Shown here: piece by piece, positions 8,066 to 17,176 of the stretch
How the letters are laid out: the number at the start of each line of letters is the position of its first letter
Numbering within the stretch: the stretch's first letter is position 1
Origin: Flavipsychrobacter sp.
Lineage (GTDB): Bacteria; Bacteroidota; Bacteroidia; Chitinophagales; Chitinophagaceae
Length of the DNA: 64,000 nucleotides
Assembly: GCA_031292525.1 (NCBI GenBank)
Contig: JARLGY010000010.1
Span: forward strand, 90,806-154,805
Direction: 5' to 3'
Program-made: the position numbers and the translations under genes
Notes under the pieces: generated by a model
What the model saw: the letters and a program-made list of their open reading frames with translations, nothing else
What the model was told of the DNA's origin: nothing
Databases searched by the model: none

Positions 8066-8947
8066 TTAATCCTCGTCAAACAACTTTTTACGATTTGCTT
8101 CAAACTCTGCCATAATTGTAAAGTTGATGTCTTTGGCGATGCCTTCAATGTCTGGGAATATCGAATAATGAGTTATTCCTTTTTCCTCTCTTAATTCGTG
8201 AAATATTTCTTTCCGGCAAGCATTTGGAATAAATATTTTATGAAGTGATTTATCAATTGGCCAATATTCTTCCAAAGATTTAACCCAAAAACCGAAATAG
8301 ACAAAAACACCTTTTTGCGCATGTATTCTTACATTGTTATTGTCTGTTTTGACGGCGAATGGAAAGTCTACATTGGATAATGTGTCGAAGTTATACTCGT
8401 TGAGGTCTACAATTTCCGCTCTGTTTATAAAATGAATATTTTCATTTATTTTCTTTGGATTAATACAATAAATAGCGGCACCGTTTTCTGACCAGCCCCC
8501 ATTCATAATGAAATCACGAATGTCTATGGTTACAGAATCCGCAGATAGCTGACCATTATTTTTTTCAGAGACGGCAAAATACGCAGCGACTAGAGGTTCT
8601 TTACTAAAATCCAACAAACGAGTTAATATCCCATAATGTTGCATGAGATATAAATAGTCAATTTCATTAAAGCCGGCACAATTACATAACTTACTATACT
8701 GCTCTTTAAACGAACTTAATACACCTATATCGTTGGGTAAGATTACTTTTCCTTCAGTAATTCGGAAGTTTCTTATTTTATCAGATATGTTGTGCTTTGG
8801 TAACACAATCTTTTGCCTAAATAGGGTTGGTTCTAATTGATACATCGCGCTCGTGTGGCCCCTATACCAAACAGCACCTTCGATATTCTCGATTTCTTTA
8901 ATAATTTCAAAGAGCTCGTTTAAACTTGTAGCAGTATATAGTGTCAT
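8066..8947 (-). CDS. FRG-domain protein
   Basis: WYRGH is the FRG-motif equivalent, and MQHYGILTRLLDFSKEPLVAAYFA matches the conserved QHyGlpTrLLDwt..p.vAlyFA block of the Pfam FRG family as I recall it. Confidence 0.72.
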   Translation of the reverse strand: MTLYTATSLNELFEIIKEIENIEGAVWYRGHTSAMYQLEPTLFRQKIVLPKHNISDKIRNFRITEGKVILPNDIGVLSSFKEQYSKLCNCAGFNEIDYLYLMQHYGILTRLLDFSKEPLVAAYFAVSEKNNGQLSADSVTIDIRDFIMNGGWSENGAAIYCINPKKINENIHFINRAEIVDLNEYNFDTLSNVDFPFAVKTDNNNVRIHAQKGVFVYFGFWVKSLEEYWPIDKSLHKIFIPNACRKEIFHELREEKGITHYSIFPDIEGIAKDINFTIMAEFEANRKKLFDED

Positions 8948-8991
8948 TGCGCTTTTGTTTAATTACAGGAACCAAACTGAAAACAAGCCTC

Positions 8992-9477
8992 CTAAACCCT
9001 CGTTTCATCGTTTTCGACATCATCTTCAATGCTAGTCAATTTTTTCGCAATCGAAAGCAGTGTGGTTATTAGAATGTAGAACGTTATAGCAAAAACAATC
9101 GCGATTGTAGTCTGGACGGATGTTGCGAAATTTGAGTCTTTATTTAACCATGGATAATCTTTTCCAAATTGTTTAACAGATTCAACATAGCCATACTTGA
9201 TCCCAGCTTGGAGTAAAAAGCCAATAGACGCTAATAACAGCCTTTCCCCCTGCTTTGCCGCAAACTCCTCTGTGCGCTTAACAGACCTACTCCAGTTGAA
9301 AGTGACACTCCCAAGACCAGCAATAATTGCCGCGCCATAACTTGTCAGAGTACTATAAGTACTATTATCGAGATCGGCGAATGTTTTAATGAAGACATTT
9401 ATGCATAAAAGTGCGAAGATGATGAATGGCACGTAGAGAAATAAAAGTTTCGCAAGAATCTTAAACGTTTTCATCAT
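8992..9477 (-). CDS. Hypothetical membrane protein, about four TM helices, acidic C-terminal tail
   Basis: Four hydrophobic segments are visible: LLFLYVPFIIFALLCINVF, YGAAIIAGLGSVTF, LLLASIGFLLQAGI and TIAIVFAITFYILITTLLSI. It is 12 nt downstream of the preceding gene. Confidence 0.65.
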   Translation of the reverse strand: MMKTFKILAKLLFLYVPFIIFALLCINVFIKTFADLDNSTYSTLTSYGAAIIAGLGSVTFNWSRSVKRTEEFAAKQGERLLLASIGFLLQAGIKYGYVESVKQFGKDYPWLNKDSNFATSVQTTIAIVFAITFYILITTLLSIAKKLTSIEDDVENDETRV

Positions 9478-9489
9478 GGGAATTCTGGA

Positions 9490-10155
9490 TTATTGTTTCC
9501 GACTTCTTTTGGGTTTTCCTAGTTTCAGCAATTCTGCTTGTACGTAAGAATTGTTTTCGACAATGTTCTCCGCAACCTTTCCCTCTTTTGTACTTGCAAT
9601 CTGAGCGGTAATTACGGTATTACCCTCCATGTTTTCTTCTGAAATAAATCTTTCAATAAAAAATCTGTTTCCTAAAGCTTTGTTCTCAAATTGCGGGAGA
9701 ATATGATTGAGCAAAATTTGATTTCTTTCTGAGAGATGTTTTATCAGATAAGAATTTACAATTTCGGCATCTGCTTCCGAAATTTTTTGTTTTCGCCCCT
9801 TAGTAAATTCTTCCACAACACTGCTAACAATGAAGCCAAGCGTGAGGATGCTAGTAGCGGCTATTACACCTACAAGTAAGAGACTCCCTTTTTCAATTTT
9901 ATCTATATAGAAATTTGTTGTTTCCGAAAATCTTGAATACAGTTTATCCTGAATAGATTGCTTCTCTCTGTACTTTAGATTAATCTTTAAGAGCAGAAAT
10001 TCAATTTCTGCTCTTAAAATATCGTTAGTGATCTTCGAATATTCTCTTATCAACTGTCTAAAAGTTCCATCTGAAATATTTTCTAGTTCAGCATGATAAA
10101 ATCGGATATACAAATCTGGAATTCCAGGACTATCTTTCGATTTGTGTTTTGCCAT
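9490..10155 (-). CDS. Hypothetical single-pass membrane protein (221 aa) with helical, charged flanks
   Basis: There is one central hydrophobic segment (LLLVGVIAATSILTLGFIVSSVV). It is the first gene of the co-directional cassette. Confidence 0.6.
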   Translation of the reverse strand: MAKHKSKDSPGIPDLYIRFYHAELENISDGTFRQLIREYSKITNDILRAEIEFLLLKINLKYREKQSIQDKLYSRFSETTNFYIDKIEKGSLLLVGVIAATSILTLGFIVSSVVEEFTKGRKQKISEADAEIVNSYLIKHLSERNQILLNHILPQFENKALGNRFFIERFISEENMEGNTVITAQIASTKEGKVAENIVENNSYVQAELLKLGKPKRSRKQ

Positions 10156-10677
10156 GGTGATTTATTAAGATGAGAGTGCAGCTATTGCTACTCTTGGGCT
10201 ACTTAAGCGCAGTCACCAGTGGAGTATTTCTACTTAACGAGCTTTGGGTCACTCTATTACGGCAGATAGCCTCACTCTCATCGTAGGTAGTATTAATATA
10301 ACGACTCTTAAGCGTATTTTTTACAAAATAAGCTGTTTCAGTTAGAAAATATACTACATCTAAAAATAAATTTAGGGCTCCTGTAATTAGGCAGCCTATA
10401 GAACTAATCGAAGTAACTAAGTGCTTTTCGGAGTCTGATAATTTTTGCAGCTTCGAATAATGTGATTAAAGGATGAGACCATTTGACTTTGATGGGTATT
10501 GAATTGGTTGCGAGCCGAGATTATTAGTGGAACTGTTTTAAAAGAAATTTGAGCCACATTAAACTCAATTACCCCTCTTTTCTTCGTTTGTAACGAGGAT
10601 GCAACCACAACCGTTTGTAACGACAATATAATAAGAGGCAATTTCAACCCTTTTGAAAAGGACTCTTTATTTTTAGT

Positions 10678-10724
10678 GACCGAATTGGACTCGAACCGAG
10701 AATAGTTGAAAATGAATTGGTTAC
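10678..10724 (-). repeat. Decayed tRNA-like fragment, right copy
   Basis: The minus strand reads ...CCAATTCATTTTCAACTATTCTCGGTTCGAGTCCAATTCGGTC. The T-stem is not complementary and there is no D-arm. Confidence 0.45.
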
Positions 10725-10742
10725 AAATAAACCAAAAATTAG

Positions 10743-10788
10743 AAAATAGTAAAACCCGCTTTCAGAGCGGGTTTTACCTTACATGTTA
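10743..10788. repeat. Right copy of the 46-nt direct repeat, which is the intrinsic terminator flank of tRNA-Gln
   Basis: Hairpin aaacccgct/agcgggttt (10752-10774) is followed on the minus strand by TTTTACTATTTT, immediately 3' of the tRNA. Confidence 0.85.
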
Positions 10789-10856
10789 TCCGACCTGGAC
10801 TCGAACCAAGACAAACAGAACCAGAATCTGTTGTGCTACCATTACACAATCGGACA
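10786..10856 (-). tRNA. tRNA-Gln (anticodon CUG), 71 nt, no encoded CCA
   Basis: Hand-folded cloverleaf. Acceptor stem TGTCCGA/TCGGATA (U1-A72). D stem GTGT/GCAC. Anticodon stem ACAGA/TCTGT with loop TTCTGGT. T arm CTTGG-TTCGAGT-CCAGG. Confidence 0.9.
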
Positions 10857-10876
10857 GTGTTCCTTTTAACGGAGAG

Positions 10877-10884
10877 CAAAGATA
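10877..10884 (-). promoter_or_regulatory. -7 box TATCTTTG for tRNA-Gln
   Basis: The minus strand reads cattatctttgctctccgttaaaaggaacac, followed by the tRNA 5' end. The motif fits TAnnTTTG. Confidence 0.5.
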
Positions 10885-11025
10885 ATGCATTATCTCATTT
10901 TTCGAAAAAAGTCTTGCACTTTTTTTCAGAAGACGATATTAAAACAGAAAATAGTATCTAGGGAATACTCGCTATTTTTGCTGCTCACAATCCAACTTTT
11001 TTTGAGTACAGACGATAAATTCCTG

Positions 11026-11955
11026 ATGTTTGAGAACCGCCTGCGCAAGGTGTACAAACACTACAGCAAGCTAGCGCGCAACCAGGATGTGGCGTGCTTC
11101 CGTTTTTACGATCACGACCTGCCCGAATTTCCTTTTGCTATAGAATGGTACAATGGCGCAGTGCATGCTGCTGAATACAAGCGCAAACATGGCATGGAGG
11201 ATGATGCACACGATGCATGGCTGCTACAATGCCGCCAGATACTAGCCGATGTGTTGCAGATATTGCCAGATGTGATATTTATGAAGGAACGCATGCGCAA
11301 AGCAGGGCGGCAAGGCCAATATGAGAAGTTTGATGAGCGGAAAGAAGAGCGCATTGTACCAGAGGGTGGCCAGAGCTTTATCATCAACCTTACAGATTAC
11401 CTGGATACCGGGCTATTCCTGGATCACCGTATTACTCGCGGCATGGTGCGCGATGAGGCTAAAGGCAAACATGTACTCAACCTATTCTGCTACACGGGGT
11501 CGTTTAGCGTGTACGCTGCAGCCGGTGGCGCAGCAACTGTTACGTCAGTAGATATATCAAAAACCTACCTCAACTGGGCTAAGCGAAACATGCAGTATAA
11601 TAAGCTGTACAAAGATACCCAGCACGATTTTATACATACAGATGTATTGGATTTTATAAACGACATACCAGCCAATACTTACGATCTTATTATTTGCGAT
11701 CCGCCCACATTCTCGAACAGTAAGCGAATGGAGGGCGACTTTGACGTACAAAGGGATCATGTAGCATTATTAAAAAAACTGTTAAAAGCATCGACAGAAA
11801 CAGGCAAAATATACTTCAGCAATAACTACCGAAATTTTGTGCTCGACAAAGATGCAATACCCGTTTTCAACATAAAAGACATAACCAAAGCCACTACCCC
11901 ATTCGATTTTCAGGGTAAACTGAACCGTTCTTGTTTTCTGCTGGATAAATTGTAA
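11026..11955 (+). CDS. Class I SAM-dependent RNA methyltransferase (RlmK/RlmL C-terminal-like)
   Basis: Contains DHDLPEFPF, a VLNLFCYTGSFSV SAM-binding loop and a DPPTFS catalytic motif. The start is moved to ATG 11026 because the 10885 extension overlaps the tRNA-Gln promoter. Confidence 0.75.
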   Translation: MFENRLRKVYKHYSKLARNQDVACFRFYDHDLPEFPFAIEWYNGAVHAAEYKRKHGMEDDAHDAWLLQCRQILADVLQILPDVIFMKERMRKAGRQGQYEKFDERKEERIVPEGGQSFIINLTDYLDTGLFLDHRITRGMVRDEAKGKHVLNLFCYTGSFSVYAAAGGAATVTSVDISKTYLNWAKRNMQYNKLYKDTQHDFIHTDVLDFINDIPANTYDLIICDPPTFSNSKRMEGDFDVQRDHVALLKKLLKASTETGKIYFSNNYRNFVLDKDAIPVFNIKDITKATTPFDFQGKLNRSCFLLDKL

Positions 11956-12011
11956 GTAATTTGCGATGGAAAGATCGCTGTGCTGCAATTAGTCAACAAT
12001 AGATACTCAAT

Positions 12012-12773
12012 ATGAGCAACCATATAATTAAAGTAGATAACCTGGTAAAAAAATATGGTGATTTCACCGCGGTGAAAGGCATCAGTTTTGACGTGAAGGA
12101 AGGAGAGATATTTGGCTTGCTGGGGCCTAACGGTGCCGGTAAAACAACTACGCTGGAGATCATGGAGACCCTGCGTGAAAAAACTTCAGGACAGGTATTT
12201 ATAGACGGCATGGACCTTGATAAGGAGCCACAGACCATTAAGAATATAATAGGTGTACAATTGCAGGCTGCAGGGTATTATCCCAACCTGAACCTGAAGC
12301 AGATCATCAACCTCTTTGCTGGTCTGTACAACCGCGATACAGACCCTATGGCATTGCTGGATACTGTGAACCTGCGCGAAAAAGCCAAAAACAAATTTAA
12401 ACAACTAAGCGGCGGGCAGAAGCAACGGTTTTCAATAGCTACAACGCTTATTAACGAACCCAAACTTATATTCCTGGATGAGCCTACTACAGGGCTAGAC
12501 CCCCAGGCACGCCGCAACCTTTGGGACCTCATTAAACAACTGCGCGAGCGGGGCTGTACGGTTGTTATCACCACCCACTACATGGATGAAGCCGAAGAAC
12601 TTTGTGAACGGGTTGCCATCATAGACAGCGGAGAACTGATAGCACTGAACACACCTGCCGAGTTGATAGATAAACTATTGGCTACGGGTTTTCAACGCCC
12701 TAAGGCCATGAAAGCTGCTAACCTTGAAGATGTGTTCCTGAACATGACAGGCAAAGAATGGCGGGAAGGATAA
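12012..12773 (+). CDS. ABC transporter ATP-binding protein
   Basis: Walker A GPNGAGKTT, signature LSGGQKQR and Walker B LIFLDEPT are present. Confidence 0.9.
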   Translation: MSNHIIKVDNLVKKYGDFTAVKGISFDVKEGEIFGLLGPNGAGKTTTLEIMETLREKTSGQVFIDGMDLDKEPQTIKNIIGVQLQAAGYYPNLNLKQIINLFAGLYNRDTDPMALLDTVNLREKAKNKFKQLSGGQKQRFSIATTLINEPKLIFLDEPTTGLDPQARRNLWDLIKQLRERGCTVVITTHYMDEAEELCERVAIIDSGELIALNTPAELIDKLLATGFQRPKAMKAANLEDVFLNMTGKEWREG

Positions 12774-13214
12774 CTAAGCCCCCCCTTTTAACCTGTGTTC
12801 CAGTTCGGGTTTCAGATTTTCGGTCTTGTGCGTTTCATAATTATAGCATACCAAACCGGTTTTGGCATGTGCAATATCGGTTACAGCTCCATTGCGCAAG
12901 GTAGTTATGTGGTACAGTATATCAAACGAACGAGTTGTGATTTCTTCAGTGTAAAACTCAATGGTAAGTATATCTCCATAAAATGCTTCACCCCGGTAAG
13001 CTATCATAACATCGGCCATAATAAGCGCATTACCACCGGCATTCAGCTCTGTGAAACCCCAATAATTAAATAATTGCACCCGGGCCTCATGTATGATAGA
13101 AAGTATAGCATCGTTACCTACGTGGCCGCCATAATTAACATCGCCTATACGTACAGGAATTGTTACTGTATGTAACGGCGTTTGAGCTGGAAACTTTATT
13201 TTTACACGGGCCAT
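12774..13214 (-). CDS. Acyl-CoA thioesterase (4HBT/YbgC-like hotdog fold)
   Basis: A DVNYGGHVGND motif is present, and the 146-aa size fits. Confidence 0.75.
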   Translation of the reverse strand: MARVKIKFPAQTPLHTVTIPVRIGDVNYGGHVGNDAILSIIHEARVQLFNYWGFTELNAGGNALIMADVMIAYRGEAFYGDILTIEFYTEEITTRSFDILYHITTLRNGAVTDIAHAKTGLVCYNYETHKTENLKPELEHRLKGGA

Positions 13215-13227
13215 AAAAAAAGGAAAG

Positions 13228-13839
13228 ATGAAAATAATTTGTGTAGGGCGAAATTACAGCGAACACGCCAAAGAATTGAACAATGATATACCCACTGAAC
13301 CGGTAATTTTCATGAAGGCAAAAAATGCTTTTTTGCCGCCTGCAAAACCTTTCTATTACCCTGAAATCACTGAAGACCTGCAGTACGAATGCGAAATAGT
13401 ATATAAAATATGCAAGAACGGCCGCTATATACAGGCAAAATTTGCTGATAAATATTACGATGAAGTAACACTGGGTATTGATTTTACAGCACGTGACCTG
13501 CAACGTAAGCAACAGCAAAAAGGTTTACCGTGGGAAATTGCAAAGGCATTTGACAATTCTGCGGCTGTGGGTGAGTTTCTACCAATTACACCCGAAATGA
13601 ATTTGAATGATCTGAATTTTCAACTGAAGCACAATGGCAACCTAGTACAGGATGGCCATACCAAGGACATGATATTCAGCATTGATAAAGTAATAGAATA
13701 TGTTTCTAAATTTTTCACTTTAAATATCGGCGACCTTATTTTTACAGGCACACCAGCAGGCGTAGGCGCTGTAAATGTAGGCGACAGGCTAGAAGGATTT
13801 TTTGAAGGTAAGAAACTACTGGATGTAGATATTAAGTAA
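13228..13839 (+). CDS. Fumarylacetoacetate hydrolase (FAH) family protein
   Basis: The N-terminus KIICVGRNYSEHAKE and the GDLIFTGTPAGVG motif fit this family. Confidence 0.8.
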   Translation: MKIICVGRNYSEHAKELNNDIPTEPVIFMKAKNAFLPPAKPFYYPEITEDLQYECEIVYKICKNGRYIQAKFADKYYDEVTLGIDFTARDLQRKQQQKGLPWEIAKAFDNSAAVGEFLPITPEMNLNDLNFQLKHNGNLVQDGHTKDMIFSIDKVIEYVSKFFTLNIGDLIFTGTPAGVGAVNVGDRLEGFFEGKKLLDVDIK

Positions 13840-13880
13840 CGTTGACCACTTTTATTGCTGCCTGTAAACATTCCATAAAC

Positions 13881-14351
13881 ATGAAGAGAGTTTTTATCAT
13901 TATCATCATTACCCTAATACCATTTATCACATTTGCACAGCAAGAGGCTGCGCCAGCTATAGGCTGCATTGACAAAGATATTGTGTTACGTATAGACGAC
14001 GTAAAGCATGGCTTTATTGAAAAAGGCATGAAAGTCTTTAAAGATGCAATGGTAAGCATGGAGTCTGAAACACCCTATAACATTGAAGTAAAACTGGAGA
14101 AAGGCCACTTGTACCAATTGCTATACATGGGTAGCGAAATATCATCAAAGTCATCTATTGAGCTTTTTGACGGAGACGATAAATCTGTTATGAAAAAAGA
14201 AATAAAACGCGGAGAGGAACCGGGGTACATAACGTTTGACTACACACCCACTAAAACCGATATTTACCTGATAGTGCTGCAGCAGAAACAAAAACATGCC
14301 AGTATGTGTGGCAGCTTCAGCATACTTGAGCGTACTCAATCTAAAAACTAA
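13881..14351 (+). CDS. Hypothetical secreted protein
   Basis: A signal peptide is present (MKRVFIIIIITLIPFITFAQQ). No motif was recognised. Confidence 0.55.
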   Translation: MKRVFIIIIITLIPFITFAQQEAAPAIGCIDKDIVLRIDDVKHGFIEKGMKVFKDAMVSMESETPYNIEVKLEKGHLYQLLYMGSEISSKSSIELFDGDDKSVMKKEIKRGEEPGYITFDYTPTKTDIYLIVLQQKQKHASMCGSFSILERTQSKN

Positions 14352-14378
14352 AGCACACAGCCATATAACATTAATGCC

Positions 14379-15050
14379 ATGGATGTACAAATAGAAGCAG
14401 GCTGGAAGAAAGAGCTGGAAAGTGAATTCAATGAAGATTATTTTAAGAAAATAGCTGATTTTCTGAAAGAAGAAAAGAAGGCGGGGAAAGTAATTTACCC
14501 TCCTGGGAAACTCATTTTCAATGCTTTTGAACATACCCCTTTTCATAAAGTAAAGGTGGTGATACTGGGCCAGGACCCGTATCACAACGTGGGGCAGGCC
14601 ATGGGATTATCATTTTCGGTGCCGGATGGTGTTGCACCCCCACCCTCTCTTGTCAACATCTTTAAAGAGATCAGGGAAGACCTCGGAATAGAAATATCGT
14701 TACAAAATGGCAACCTGGAACGCTGGGCAAACCAGGGCGTATTGTTGCTTAATGCGTCACTTACAGTGGAAGCCAATCAAGCTAATTCGCATAGCACAGT
14801 AGGTTGGCACCGGTTTACTGATGCCGTTATCAGGAAGATCTCACAAGACAGAGAGGGGATCGTTTTTATGCTCTGGGGCAAGTTTGCCCAAGGCAAGCAA
14901 GATCTAATAGATACAACAAAACACCTTGTATTAAAGGCAGCACACCCTTCGCCATTTTCGGCATATAACGGGTTCTTTGGTAGCCACCACTTTAGCAAAG
15001 CCAACAACTGGCTGAGAGAACATGGAGAACGGCCTATAGATTGGTCGTGA
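14379..15050 (+). CDS. ung: Uracil-DNA glycosylase
   Basis: Contains the GQDPYH water-activating loop, HPSPFSA and LLLNASLTV. Confidence 0.93.
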   Translation: MDVQIEAGWKKELESEFNEDYFKKIADFLKEEKKAGKVIYPPGKLIFNAFEHTPFHKVKVVILGQDPYHNVGQAMGLSFSVPDGVAPPPSLVNIFKEIREDLGIEISLQNGNLERWANQGVLLLNASLTVEANQANSHSTVGWHRFTDAVIRKISQDREGIVFMLWGKFAQGKQDLIDTTKHLVLKAAHPSPFSAYNGFFGSHHFSKANNWLREHGERPIDWS

Positions 15051-15829
15051 ACATAATAGAACAGAAAGAAATGAAAGTCATAAAAAATATCTTAGGCGCA
15101 CTATACCTCGTGTATTTCCTATTGCTGTTTATTATCACTATGCTGGTGGTGATCATCCCGATATGGATCATATCGTACATAAAGGAGCCAAAAAAATCGG
15201 CATACCTGCACCCCGTGTTCAGATTGTGGATGGGTATTTTCATGCCATTAGTTGGGTGCCCGGTAAGAAGACGAGGCACAGAACATTTTAAAAAAGGAGA
15301 GAATTATGTAGTGGTTATCAATCACAATTCATTCGTGGATGTTCCGGTATCATCCCCATGGATACCCGGCCCTAATAAAACCCTTGCAAAAATAGAAATA
15401 TCGCGTACTCCCGTATTTGGACTCATCTATAAAACAGGTTCTATATTAGTAGATCGCACAAGCACAGAAAGCCGCAGGGAAAGTTTCACACAAATGCAGC
15501 GAATGCTAGACATGGGCATTCACCTATGTCTTTACCCTGAAGGAACCAGGAATAAGACAGGGAAGCCCCTACAACCTTTTTTTGATGGCGCATTTATAAC
15601 AGCAATAAAGGCACAAAAACCTGTAATGCCAGCTGTGATATTTAATACCGGAAAGATTTTACCACACAACAAGAAATTCTGGGCAAGGCCTATGCGTATC
15701 CATTTTCATTTCTTGCCCCCGGTTTCTACCGAAGGACTGACACTGAAAGATGCAGCTGCTCTTAAGGAAATAGTATATGGTATGATGGAACAGTACTATA
15801 CCAGTAATGTAAATAAGAAACTGGCATAA
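15041..15829 (+). CDS. plsC: 1-acyl-sn-glycerol-3-phosphate acyltransferase family protein
   Basis: Contains the HX4D motif (NHNSFVD) and YPEGTRN, plus an N-terminal TM helix. The start is uncertain (15041 or ATG 15071). Confidence 0.8.
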   Translation: MVVNIIEQKEMKVIKNILGALYLVYFLLLFIITMLVVIIPIWIISYIKEPKKSAYLHPVFRLWMGIFMPLVGCPVRRRGTEHFKKGENYVVVINHNSFVDVPVSSPWIPGPNKTLAKIEISRTPVFGLIYKTGSILVDRTSTESRRESFTQMQRMLDMGIHLCLYPEGTRNKTGKPLQPFFDGAFITAIKAQKPVMPAVIFNTGKILPHNKKFWARPMRIHFHFLPPVSTEGLTLKDAAALKEIVYGMMEQYYTSNVNKKLA

Positions 15830-17140
15830 CTATAGCCCGTTAAAAAAAGCCTCTGTTACCGATACTGTCTTCTCAATATCTTTTGTACTTAATGCATGGC
15901 TAATAAACCAGCTTTCGTATGCTGAAGGTGGCAGGTATATTCCGTTATCCAGCATAAAGTGAAAGTATTTATTAAACAAAGCATTATCTGCATGTGCAGC
16001 ACAATCGAAGTTGGTAACTGGTACCTTACTAAAATGCACGCTGATCATTGACCCCAGTCGGTTAATTACATATTGCACTCCAGTCTTTTGCAGCACCGCA
16101 TCAAGACCATTGTGCAACAAGGCCGTCTTCTCTTCCAGCTGTGTATAGATAGACGGATTGTTTTTCAAGGTTTTGAGCATTGTGTACCCGGCTATCATAG
16201 CTATAGGATTGCCACTTAATGTACCGGCCTGGTAAACATTACCCAACGGGGCAATGTGCTGCATGATCTCTTTTTTACCACCAAAAGCACCAACAGGCAT
16301 GCCACCGCCAATCACTTTGCCATAGGTAACCAAATCAGCATGTATGTTGAGTCTTTCCTGGGCACCACCGGCAGCCAGGCGAAAACCAGTCATTACCTCA
16401 TCAAAAATATACACTATACCTTCCTGGTCGCATATTTTGCGCAACCCTTCCAGGAAACCAGGCAATGGCAATATACACCCCATATTACCGCATACCGGCT
16501 CTATGATGATAGCCGCTATTTCACCTTTATTTTCCTTCACCAATTTCTCAACAGCTTCAAGGTCATTGTAAGGTGCGGTCAGCGTATCAGCCGAAACACC
16601 AGCTGTTATGCCAGGCACTGTTTGTATATTGAACGTAGCTACCCCACTACCTGCCTTCACTAAAAAAGCATCTGCATGGCCGTGGTAACATCCTTCAAAC
16701 TTTATAAACTTATTGCGGCCGGTATAGCCACGGGCCAATCTTAAAGCACTCATACAAGCTTCTGTACCACTGCTTACCATACGCACCAGATCTACATTTG
16801 GCGCCATGCTTTTTATAAGCTCGGCCATCTCCACTTCAAGCTCTGTTGGTGCACCAAACGATGTAGAATATTCAACACGTTCTTTTATAGCATTGATAAC
16901 AGGCTCGTAGGCATGGCCAAGTATCATTGGGCCCCACGAGTTAATGTAATCTATATATTGGTTACCATCAGCATCGTACATGTATGCACCTTTTGCTTTC
17001 TCCATAAAAAGAGGAGTACCGCCTACACTTTTAAAGGCGCGCACAGGAGAGTTCACACCACCGGGAATAGATAGTTTTGCGCGTTCGAAAAGTTGTTTGC
17101 TTTTATCTGTAGTTGTTGGATTAGCTATTGTACCAGGCAT
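15830..17140 (-). CDS. hemL: Glutamate-1-semialdehyde 2,1-aminomutase
   Basis: Contains [12 protein letters not shown] and class III aminotransferase blocks. Confidence 0.93.
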   Translation of the reverse strand: MPGTIANPTTTDKSKQLFERAKLSIPGGVNSPVRAFKSVGGTPLFMEKAKGAYMYDADGNQYIDYINSWGPMILGHAYEPVINAIKERVEYSTSFGAPTELEVEMAELIKSMAPNVDLVRMVSSGTEACMSALRLARGYTGRNKFIKFEGCYHGHADAFLVKAGSGVATFNIQTVPGITAGVSADTLTAPYNDLEAVEKLVKENKGEIAAIIIEPVCGNMGCILPLPGFLEGLRKICDQEGIVYIFDEVMTGFRLAAGGAQERLNIHADLVTYGKVIGGGMPVGAFGGKKEIMQHIAPLGNVYQAGTLSGNPIAMIAGYTMLKTLKNNPSIYTQLEEKTALLHNGLDAVLQKTGVQYVINRLGSMISVHFSKVPVTNFDCAAHADNALFNKYFHFMLDNGIYLPPSAYESWFISHALSTKDIEKTVSVTEAFFNGL

Positions 17141-17176
17141 ATAAATAAGGTAATTCAGAATTGTAATGAATAAGTT

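Larger units (their letters stand above)
5091..10791. mobile_element. Putative tRNA-Gln-associated genomic islet (no integrase detected)
   Basis: It is bounded by the 46-nt direct repeat and by extended diverged tRNA-like blocks. Internal repeat scars are present. It is visibly AT-rich relative to the flanks. The gene content is accessory. Confidence 0.5.

Noticed and set aside
10417-10647. 76-aa minus-strand ORF in the long noncoding region upstream of the cassette
   Set aside because: It has no recognisable motif and odd composition, and it is not tightly linked to the neighbouring genes. I cannot support it without conservation data, so I treat the region as noncoding.
10156-10677. Retron-like msr/msd or other defence ncRNA suggested by the long inverted repeat
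   Set aside because: No reverse transcriptase or other RNA-partner enzyme is encoded in the islet. A single 10-bp inverted repeat is insufficient. It is kept only as a low-interest structural observation.
5091-10791. Integrase, transposase or excisionase that would make the islet an active mobile element
   Set aside because: I looked on both strands. No ORF shows tyrosine- or serine-recombinase or DDE-transposase hallmarks, so the islet is described as immobilised or decayed rather than as an active integrative element.
10885-11025. N-terminal 47-codon extension of the methyltransferase ORF
   Set aside because: The extension overlaps the tRNA-Gln promoter region and is hydrophobic and low-complexity. 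The conserved methyltransferase sequence begins at MFENRL (ATG 11026).
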